Origin: Camelus dromedarius
Lineage: Eukaryota
Length of the DNA: 64,000 nucleotides
Reading direction: 5' to 3'
Assembly (NCBI RefSeq): GCF_036321535.1
Contig: NC_087436.1
Coordinates: forward strand, 99,822,001 to 99,886,000
The notes under the pieces: model-generated
Databases searched by the model: none
What the model saw: the letters and a program-made list of their open reading frames with translations, nothing else
What the model was told of the DNA's origin: nothing
Position numbers and translations under genes: made by a program
Part shown: positions 54,363 to 64,000 of the stretch, in pieces
Layout of the letters: every line of letters starts with the position of its first letter
How positions within the stretch are numbered: position 1 is the first letter of the stretch

Positions 54363-55062
54363 TTTGGGTGTTTCATATCATTTTGAATTATCAATACAGA
54401 CCGCATGACAGTAAATCCCTAAGAAAGGTGTGGAATTCATATTTTTTGTAACAAATTCCCCAGATGGGTTGTATGCAAACTGGAGTTTAAGAATGACTTA
54501 ATTAGAAGGGTTCATGAAACATAAAAGCAAGTAAAGTGAAAGTGAGGACATGAAGTGGGTGGGAAGATAGACATTCTAGGTGAAAAGGAGTTGTTGAATT
54601 TTCATGTTGTAACATGTTACCTTTCATCTATTGTTAATAGTGATGTTTTAGAAACTTCATGACAAGATCTCTTAGCAGTGACATAGAACAAGATTCAAGA
54701 TGTGACCACAGGAAAGGTTGCCTAAAGTTAAAAATAAGTCACTGGAATTGAGCTGTAATGGGAAATTGTTTTGATTTTGCATAATGTGGGCATTGCATTC
54801 AGGCAGGGAAATGGTAGAAAAGTGAAATCATGAAGAAAGGCTATCAGGTACCAAAACCTTTAGTAAATGTAGATAGGGGTTGAGGTGGTCCAGTAACCAC
54901 TGCTTCTTATACTTCCCTGAGCTTTGAACCAATTGAAGGGTAAGAAACCAGAGTGAGTTTAACATAAATTAAGTATTACCTTTACTACTGGTAAAGAGAA
55001 TATTGTAGAATCTATCCTACCTCTACAGGAAACCAGAAATGTGAAGTAGATTCTCCCGGTCT

Positions 55063-55434
55063 TGTCTTAGTCTCCTAGGACTTCTATAATAAAATGCCAT
55101 AGACTGGCTGGTTTAAACAGCAGAAATTTGTTTCTCATAATTTTGGAGGCTAGGGAGTCAAAGATCAAGATGCTAGTAGATTCTGTGTCTGGGGAGAGCT
55201 CACCTCTGGCTTGTAGACAGCCACCTTCTCCCTGCGTGCTCACAGGGCCTTTCGTCTCTCTCTCTCTTGTTCTTCTTCTTAGAAGGGCACTAATTCCATC
55301 ATGAGAGTTCTACACTCAATACCTAATTTAAATCTCTTTACCTCCCAAAACCTCTACCTCCTATTACCATAGCACTGGAGGCTAGAGCTTCAACATCTGA
55401 ATTTTGGAGGGACATAAACTTGTAGCCCATGACA
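55063..55434 (-). mobile_element. MLT1A0-like MaLR solo LTR
   Basis: tgtcttagt...ccatagactggctggtttaaacagcagaaatt...aagggcactaattccatcatgag...gcttcaacatctgaattttggagggacataaac...catgaca. Confidence 0.9.
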
Positions 55435-55855
55435 CAGTCCCTGGCAGTAATGGGAAAATGGACCATTAGAGATTCTTCCTCGTGGAAACAATAATCAGGA
55501 GTGAAAAAAACCATACCAGCTAATATGCCAGAGAGTTGCAGTATCTTAAATAACTGACCGTAATCATTAATTTCGGGTGAATCAAGGTTGAGGGCAACCT
55601 TTTTGGTAAGATATTAGCACCCTGTTCAGGACAACTTCTGTTTGAACTATAGAAATTTAAGGCTATATTCTCAATACGAACTACTGTGCCTTTGGGGATC
55701 CACCAATGATGGCTTAAGGGCAACATATTTTGCTCAAAATATCATTCAAATCACTACCACTTTTAAATCAACTACAAAATCACTTTCTATCTGTGGTAAG
55801 TGGACTCATGACTCTCCAAAGATGTCCATGTCCTATTCCCATAAATTTATGAATA

Positions 55856-56875
55856 TGTATTAATTTTTTTGGCTCTGGTAACAAAATAACACAAACTTGA
55901 TGGTTTAAAACAACAGAAATTTATTTACTTATAGTGTTGGAGGCTAACAGACAAAATCACAATATCAGCATTGTGGGTTCTGGCCGGCAGAAGTCCCACA
56001 GAGACAGAATGAATTACTCAAGACTCTGTGGAAAAAGTCAACAGAGTGAGAGGGAGTCGGGAGCCAACTCCTCGAGCCTCTCAAATGCTCACATATTTAT
56101 TGTGTACAGCCAAAGGAGGAATGCAGGAATTCAGGGAAGGACAGAGTGGGATCACAATGAGTACAAAGGCTTTGTTTATTGTTGGTGTTTGGCTCAAGGT
56201 CAGAAGACCCTTTTTTGGTGAATCATAATCGTGTTGAGCCTTTCAGCTTATCAGGGTGGAACGAATGAGAAACAGGGGATCATACCCATCATTGGCTAAC
56301 CAGCCTTCGCACCTCTGAGTCTGCAGCTTTTTATAACTTGTTTACCATTCCAGCCCAAGGCTATTTTGGGGAGAGAAGACTATGTAACAGCAGGCATGCC
56401 CAGCATTTATAGGGGAGGGCCTGGGTCGTTGCTAAAACCTCAACTATGCAAGCAAGGTGATTACTAAGCACATTTGCTCTTTTTTAAGGAGATAAGCGGC
56501 TGGGGTCTATTACAATTTGTTAACCCAATCATGGGCTCCCACACAGCATGATCATGTTACCTTGGAGACTTTGAGTAGAATTCTTCATTGTCTTTTCCTA
56601 GGTCTGGCTGTGGACAGTGATACTTAGCATTTCTTGATTGCAGCTTCATCACTCCAATTTCTGTCTTTTTTTATTGCATGTTGTTCTTTCTATGTTTTTT
56701 TTCATATTTCCCTTCTTCATATAAGAACACTAGTCATGTTGGATTAGGGAACACCTTAATGACCTCAACTTAATTACGTCTGCAAAGACCCCACTTCCAA
56801 ATAAAGTCACATTCAAAGATATCAGGGGTTAGGACTTCAACATATCTTTGGGGTAACAAAATTTAATCCATAACC
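55856..56875 (-). mobile_element. MLT1C-like LTR nested in the MLT1D and itself interrupted at 55972-56549
   Basis: tgtattaatt...gtaacaaaataacacaaacttgatggtttaaaacaacagaaatttatt ... tctgcaaagaccccacttccaaataaagtcacatt...ggttaggacttcaacatatcttt. Confidence 0.85.
55972..56543 (-). mobile_element. Younger ERV solo LTR (572 bp), ERV2/betaretrovirus-like
   Basis: Inverted termini tgtggg...cccaca; perfect 6-bp TSD cagcat (55966-55971, 56544-56549); minus-strand TATAAAA (~56329-56335) and AATAAA (56175-56180, 56096-56101). Confidence 0.8.
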
Positions 56876-57461
56876 CATGCCAAAGGGGAATTAAAGTTTC
56901 TGGTTAAATTAAGGTTGCTAATTAAGCATCCTTAAAATAAGGAGATAATCCTGGATTATCCAGTTGGGTCCAAAGTGATCACTTGGAATTAAAAGTAGAA
57001 GAGTGAGGCAGAAAGGAGCCAGACTTGGAGATGGAGATGTGACAATTGAAACAGAGGAGCTGGAAGATAGCACCATGGGAGGGACTCAGTCATTTTGCCG
57101 GCTTCCATGATGGAGGAATGAGGCCAAAGCCAGCAAATGAGGGTGGCCTCTAGGAAACGGCAAGGAAACAGGTTCTCCCCTGGAGTTTCCAGAAGGAATT
57201 CATCCCTTCCAACACCTTGATTTTAGGCCACATCAGACTTCTGACCTGTGGAACTTAAAGATAATAAATTCATGTTATCTTAAGCAAATGAATTTGTGGT
57301 AATGTGTTAGCAGCAATAGGAAAATAGCAAATCATTGAGAGTTTTAATAAATTACTTACCTACTTCCTTCCTCAAATTTATAATTTACAAATTTGGCATA
57401 GTACCATAAGCTAATAGCCAATATACATGAAGGAACTAACAGAGTACCCAGAATTCTGCAA

Positions 57462-57600
57462 TTCAGAGAGTGGTCCACAGACCAGCAATACAGACATCAC
57501 TTGAATGTTGTTAGAAATGCAGAATTCTTGAGAATCTACCTATTAACAAATTTCCTAAGTGAGTCACCGGCACATTAAAATTTGAGAATCCCTGGCCTAG
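57462..57600 (+). mobile_element. MER5A-type hAT MITE
   Basis: agtggtccacagaccagcaatacagacatcac...ttgttagaaatgcagaat...cacattaaaatttgagaatccctg. Confidence 0.8.
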
Positions 57601-59099
57601 TGCATGGCAGATTCAGAATTACAGATCCTTTGTTTCTTTTTGACTCTGTAAGACACTTTGTAAAGGGTCTTCATGTAAATTTCATTTTTTTGGTACATCT
57701 CAGTGTTAATATACAATTTATTGGCTCTTGTGAATGTGATCAACCTCCGCTGATTTATGTCACACTGAATCTGAAACTGGAGAATTACTTTAAATCTTGC
57801 TTGTTAATTTCTTTTATTTAAAAAGCTATTTAATGAAACCCTTTTGGATTAAACAACTTCTAAATGCTCTATCTAAATCATTTTGTTTTAAAATAACTTT
57901 TATTCTCTAAAAAACTTAATTCAAATAATTCATCCTATGTTTTTGATACTGCTAAGTTTTACCATTTTCTTAAATATTATGTTTAGTTTCTCTAATTATA
58001 AAAGTACTGTGTATTGACCACAAAGAATTTGGAAGATGGAAAAATGTATGAGGCAGAAATTAAAAATCATGCATTTTCCCAGGCATATTTCACATTTAAC
58101 ATTATAATTAATATTTTAATTTGATATTATAAACTGCTAACTTTTCATATTACAAGCTCCAAAACCAAAGAAATCAGGAAAATATGCTTTCACATAAAAT
58201 ATTAGTAAAAACAGATAATGGCAAAGATTAACATTCTACATTTGTCTTTTATGTGTAGTATAAGACCAATAAGTAAACTTTCTCAAGTTTCAGCTGAGCT
58301 TAGTTATAATTTTATTTCATAAGATGAAGTCATTATTACCTGTGCTTTTCTGAAAAAAATTATTCATACATGAGTCTTTTATCATATATTGATATGTGAA
58401 ACCAGTGTCCTAGAAGTAAATATACTATGTATTTATACACAAACACGCACAATCATATGTACTTTTATAGGCAAAATAAAAATGTCAGTAATTATCATGG
58501 AATGAATAATTGCAGATTATTTTTTCTCTTCATACTATATTTTTTCAAGCTGAATATGAATTACTACAATGGCCAGAAATTAAAAGTTAAATTATCTTGT
58601 TTCAATTTCATCTTTATTTATGTGGAAAGGATTTTTAAGGCAAGATACAAATATTATTCAAAAATAGTTTTTTCCCTTTGCACTTGCAGACTTTTTTTTT
58701 ATGGAAAATACATATAGGATACTTTCCTGTCTTTTTAAACAAGTGTGCATTTATTGTAATATTTCACTGAAGTAAAATTCAAATGTGCATGAAAAACAAA
58801 AACCAAGTCAAACAGAATCATTACTTAATTACAAGCCTTTTAAAATGTTCATTATGTAGTAGGATGTGACCATATTTGTACTTAAAAAAGCAATAAGAGA
58901 ATACATAGTTGGACTTTCTTAATTGAAAATTTATATAAATCTGATTTCATTGACATAAAAATTAAATGTTAATATTTCTATTGCATATCTTCAAAGTATG
59001 TTTATGCAATATATTAGACTTAGCTTTATTATTATTAGAATTCTACAAATTTCCTACTCATATTTTCAAGATACGTATTTTTACACCTATTTTACCTAC

Positions 59100-59100
<1 letters not shown>

Positions 59101-59152
<52 letters not shown>

Positions 59153-59160
59153 CCTATCTA
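59101..59160 (+). repeat. (TCTA)n / GATA tetranucleotide microsatellite
   Basis: Directly visible. Confidence 0.95.
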
Positions 59161-59214
59161 CGTACCCATCTGTTGTCATACACATACATACGGTATTAAT
59201 AGAGATAATTACAT

Positions 59215-59470
59215 TCTGAGCTAGGAGTAAGAGATCACCAGAGTCAGAGGTTCTAATTCACTGGACTGCTAAGCCCTGCTAAGGATGTCAAATCTCTTTC
59301 TGAATTTCGGCTATCTTAGTTGAAAAAGAAAGCAAAGTTAGGATACTCCTCTCATTTCTACATTAGTCAAATGAAAATATTATTACTTATCATGCATTGT
59401 GAGCATTACAATTAAATAGTGACTATGAAATATTTAGCAAAATGCTTGACACATAGGAAGTGTCCCAATT
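59215..59470 (+). mobile_element. MIR SINE
   Basis: gagtcagaggttctaattc...tctctttctgaatttc...ttgtgagcattacaattaaata...gcaaaatgcttgacacataggaagtg. Confidence 0.55.
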
Positions 59471-60039
59471 TTATCTAAGATCATTTCAGTTCTAAAATTC
59501 TACTATTTAGTAACCAAGTTTCTCTTCATTTTTTTTTTTCTGTCTGTATTTAATGGGAATAAAGTACAACATTGCTACAAATTATTCATTTGTGCTCTTT
59601 CCCTTTGCCTTTCAGGTCACTGAAGGTACAGCACTTAATCTAGCTGTTAACCATTTTAACCTGAGGGGTTGTTGAAAGTAAATCCTCTTTAGAAGGCTTT
59701 CTAGGGTCCACTGATGATTTCAAAATAGCTTGAAAATCAATCAGATTAACTAAAACATTTTCTACTCAGACATCTATTAGAAAACTGATGTCTGAATAAT
59801 GCGTCTTTGACATTGTGAACCTCTGTCATCTCAGCTCTACAAAATGAGTACTAAAAATTAATACTTCAGGACAGATTTTCCACAAACTCTGCTTTTTCCT
59901 GAAAATTCTTATTTCTAATTAGCGTTAGGTTAATATAAGCAGTGACTTTTTCTTTGAAAATTACTAGGCCATCTTCTTAAGATCTCTCTCTCTCTGCATA
60001 TACACACATACACACACACACAAACACATAGTATTTTTA

Positions 60040-60137
60040 ATTCTTATTTTTTTTATTGAAATGTAGTTGATTTACAATATTAGTTTCGGGTACACAGCAA
60101 AATGATTCATTTATATATATTACATAAAATATATATA
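60040..60137 (-). mobile_element. ~98-bp cetartiodactyl-type L1 3' stub with a perfect 18-bp TSD
   Basis: TSD aaacacatagtattttta at 60022-60039 and 60138-60155; insert tttattgaaatgtagttgatttacaatattagtttcgggtacacagcaaaatgattca. Confidence 0.9.
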
Positions 60138-60643
60138 AAACACATAGTATTTTTAGACAAAAAACCTTCAAAGTAAAGAAAAAAATCTTACAATAGTCCT
60201 TTATCCTCAGCAGTTGTAGGAGGAGTGAATAATAATTGGAAATTTAAAACATGGATACAATTATGCCACGTTGGACACAATTAGAAGACTTGAGTCTCAG
60301 ATCAATCTGTTAGTAATTAGCTTATTAATATTGACAAGCCATTCAAACTCTCTGGACTGCAGTTTTCTTCATTGAATAATAAATGATTTAGATTGTTTTA
60401 TCTTTATAACTCTATAAAATACATTTCTGAGATATGTGACTATTTGTGTAATCAATGAGGTGGACTTTTTATAAAGCAGATATTGTGTTTATCTCATTCA
60501 CTGCTATATCAACCAATATCTAGAAATCCATCATCAAAAGTAGATGTCCAATAAATACTAATATAAAAATGATGCAATTTTCTTGTATTATTTTGATGTA
60601 GTTCTGAGTACAAATTTTCAAAATCAAGAGACACAACAATATA

Positions 60644-63024
60644 CAAGCATATTTCATTTTATTGAGCTTTGTTTTATTGCACTTTGCAAATATTTGGGGT
60701 TTTTTTGCAAATTGAATGTTGGTGGCCTGCATAAAGCAAGCCAATCGGCCCCATTTTTCCAACAATATTTGCTCATTTTATGTGTCTGTGTTACATTTGG
60801 CAATTGTCACAATACTTCAAACTATTTCATTATTATTATATTTGTTATGATGGTTTGTGATCAGTGATCTTTGATGTTACTATTATGATTGTTTTGGGAC
60901 TCCATGAATCATGCCAATGTAAGATGGCAAATTTATTGGTAAATGTTTTGTGATTTCTGACTTGCTCTACCGACCTGTCTTTCCCCATCTCTCTTCATCT
61001 CCTTATGTGTCCCTTATTCCCTAAGACACAACAATATTAAAATTAGGCCAATTAATAACCCTGCAATGGCTGCTAAGTGTGCAATTTGAAAGAAGACTTG
61101 CACATCTCTCACTTTAAATCAAGAGCTAGAAATGATTAAGCTTAGTGAGGAAGGGGTGTTGAAATCCAAGATAGGCCAAAAGCTGGGTCTCTTGTGCCAG
61201 ACAGTTAGCCAAGTTGTAAATGCAAACTGCAAAAGAAAAGTTCTTGAAGGAAAAGTGCTACTCTTTTGAACAAATGAATGATAAGAGAGTGAAACAGTCT
61301 TATTGCTGATATGGAGAAAGTTTTAGTGGTCTGGATAGAAGATCAAACCAGCCACAACATTCCCTTAAGCCAAAGCCTAGTCCAGGGCAAAGCCCTAATT
61401 CACTTCAGTTCTATGAAGGATGAGAGAGGTGAGGACACTGCAGATGAAAAATTGGAAGCTAGCTATCAGGTTGGTTCACGAAATTTAAGGAAAGAATGTG
61501 TCTGTATAATATGAAAGTGCAAGATGAAGCAGCAATGTAGAAGCTGCAGCAAGTTACCCAGATGATCTAGCTGAGATAATGAATGGAGGTGGCCACGGTA
61601 AATAACTGACTTTCAACATAGATAAAGCAGTCTTATATTGGAAGAACATGACATTTAGGATTTCCATAGCTAGAGAGGAGAAGTCAATACCTGGCTTCAA
61701 AGGACAGGCTGACTTTTTTGTTAGGGGTTAATGTAGCTGGTGACTTTAAGTTGAAGCCAATGTTCATTTACCATTCTGAAATCCCTAGGGCCCTTAGGAA
61801 TCATGCTAAATCTACTCTGCGTATGTCCTATCAAAGGAACAACAAAGCCTGTGTGACAGGACAGGTATTGACAACATGATTTATTTAATATTTAAAGTCC
61901 ACTATTGAGACCTACTTCTCAGGAAAAAGAGAAGTTTTCTTTCAGAATATTACTTTTCATTGACAATGCATCTGTCACCCAAGAGCTCCAAAGCAGATAC
62001 ACAATGAGATTAATGTTTTCATGTCTGCTAACACAACATCTATTCTGCAGCCCAGGGATCAAGGAGTCATTTCGACTTTCAAATCTTACTATTTAAGAAT
62101 TACATTTCCTAAGGCTATAGCTGGCATAGATGGTAATTCTTCTGATGGATCTAGGCAAATTAAATTGAAAACCTTCTGGAAAGGATTCACCATTCCAGAA
62201 CATGCCATTAAGAACATTCTTGATTCATGAGAGGAGGTCAACATGAACAGGAATTAGGAAGAAACTGATTCCAAACCTTGTGAAAAACTTTGAAGAGCTC
62301 AAGACTCCAGTGGCGGAAAGAACTGCAGACAAGGTGAAAACAACAAGAGAACTAGATTTGGAAGTGGAGCCTGAAGATGTGACAGAATTGCTGCAGTCTC
62401 ATAATAACACTTTAACAAATGAGAATTTGCTTCTTATGGATGAGCAAACTAAGTGGTTTCTTGCGATGGAATTTACTCCTGGTGAAGACACTGTGAAGAC
62501 TGTTGAAATGATAGCAGAGTTTAGAATATTACCTAAACTTAGTTGATAAAGCAGTAGCGGGGTTTGAGAAAATTGACTCCAGTTTTGAAAGAATTTCTTT
62601 TGTGGGTGAAATGCTGTTAAAGAGCATTACAGGCCACAGAGAAATAGCTCATGAAAGGAAGAGTCAGTGGATGCAGCAGACTTCACTGTTGTCTTGCCGT
62701 AGCCACTCAGACCTTCAGCAACCACCGCCTGATCAGTCAGCAGCCAGAACACTAAACCAAAACTCTCCACCAGCAAAAAGATTAGGACTCAAAGAAGGTT
62801 CAGATGACATTTAGCATTTTTTAGCAATAAAGTATTATTTTAAAATTAAGGTATGTATATTATTTTATAGATACAATGCTATTGAACAATTAATAGACTA
62901 AAGTGTAAACATAGGTTTTACATGCACTGGGAAACCAAAAAATTTGTGTGACTGGCTTTACTGTGATATTTTGTTTATTGCAGTGGTCTGGAATCCAACT
63001 CACACTATTTCTCAGGTAGGCCTG
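60644..63024 (+). mobile_element. Near full-length Tigger1 (TcMar-Tigger/pogo) DNA transposon
   Basis: TIRs caagcatatttc... / ...caggtaggcctg flanked by TA; 2381 bp; transposase fragments [56 protein letters not shown]. Confidence 0.96.
61066..62546 (+). pseudogene. Tigger1 transposase (CENP-B HTH plus DDE) remnant with stops and frameshifts
   Basis: ATG at 61066 followed by an early stop; fragments in ORFs 61311-61514, 61905-62096, 62021-62230 and 62280-62546. Confidence 0.88.
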
Positions 63025-64000
63025 TACTCCAAATAACACACAAAGCACATGAAACCAAATTCTAGTGTGAGGTATTTCTTTTAAAATTAAGCTCTCAGAA
63101 ATGTAATACAGTTAACTTTCCATGAGCTTATTCTCATCATGGAGGGGTATGTGCTCTTATGTAAGCCAAGACAGAACTGAGTCTCCAGAGCAAAAGGAGA
63201 TTTGAACTCTCTGTAGTATCTATCAATAACCACTCCAAATGACTTGTTTTGGCTTCCCAATAGACATCCATTCAGTTGAAGCAAAAATTAAAAGTTTAAT
63301 CTCCAGACTCAACTACCACAGATATTCCACATGTCACTCTCTGAAGGCACTGGGCACGGCAAAATTTGCATGATATCTAAGGGGACCAATTTTGCTGAAC
63401 AATTTGAAACAAATGGAATCTCTTGTCACCAGTGGCAGTGGTGAGAGTAGAACTGACTTCATTTCAAAAGGAACTACACTGCTCTGAAGTAGTCCTTATA
63501 ATAGAAAATTGAGAACATTCTTGAGATGACTTCAACATAGGAATTTTAAGAAAATTTACCACCTGATCCATTCCAACATAAAAGAATGTGCCAATAATAT
63601 AAATGTCAAATGCCAACCCTCATAAAATATGTCCAAAATCCTAGTACTGAGTAATATCATTTCTAACCCATAAATGATATATTTATGTGCAACACCTTGT
63701 ATGTATTGTATATGTATAATATTACAGTTGGCTTATGATGCTAACATTAAAATAGTCTTTTTATTTCCTTCAAGGAAAAAAATGAACCTGAGTTGGAAAG
63801 TTGAATTGTCTGATCAGGATTTAAGTACTGCTGTTAAATTACATTGTCAGCCTTGTAATAAATTCTGATTAAGAATTTACACCTTTGTGAACAGATTAGC
63901 AAACCTAATTGATTTTGACCTGTTAACTTCAATTTGCAGCTTTAAAAAGGTGTAACCTCACTGAGATTTATGGTTTGAAGTTCTTGTGTTTAAATTAATA

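Larger units (their letters stand above)
55792..57331 (+). mobile_element. MLT1D-like LTR split into 55792-55855 and 56876-57331 by nested insertions
   Basis: tgtggtaagtgg...ccaaagatgtccatgtcct...tatgaata resumes as catgccaaaggggaattaaag...ggagataatcctggattatccag...cagcaataggaaaa. Confidence 0.8.

Noticed and set aside
59590..59631. Strong polypyrimidine tract plus CAG acceptor with a possible 10-nt micro-exon (gtcactgaag|gtacag)
   Set aside because: The donor is weak and there is no partner exon; isolated acceptor-like motifs are common (another at ~32390-32406).
1..64000. CRISPR arrays, operons, tRNA/rRNA genes, CpG-island promoter
   Set aside because: This is mammalian repeat-rich DNA with no regularly spaced repeats and no CpG-rich stretch. 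The only tRNA-related sequence is the 18-nt PBS.

Overview
AT-rich, CpG-depleted, repeat-dense mammalian DNA with no recognisable protein-coding exon, RNA gene or CpG island. It reads as intergenic or deep-intronic sequence. Content is mostly ancient eutherian interspersed repeats: L1M fragments, L2, MIR, MaLR/MLT1 and LTR16 LTRs, hAT-Charlie MITEs, MER8 and a near full-length dead Tigger1. There is also an internally deleted MER34-like ERV1 provirus with a tRNA-Ser primer-binding site and a gag remnant (23321-26450), a younger 572-bp solo LTR with a perfect 6-bp TSD (55972-56543), and cetartiodactyl-type L1 3' ends. I saw no Alu, B1/B2, Bov-A/tA, PRE1, CHR, SINEC or ERE SINEs, which points to a camelid genome (inference). 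All recognisable ORFs in the track are retroelement or transposon remnants. The most interesting structures are a duplication-inversion-duplication with junction microhomology inside an old L1 (37333-38344), multi-layer nested insertions, and the young solo LTR. I found no convincing novel biological system. Repeat subfamily names come from recalled consensus sequences, and most boundaries are approximate.
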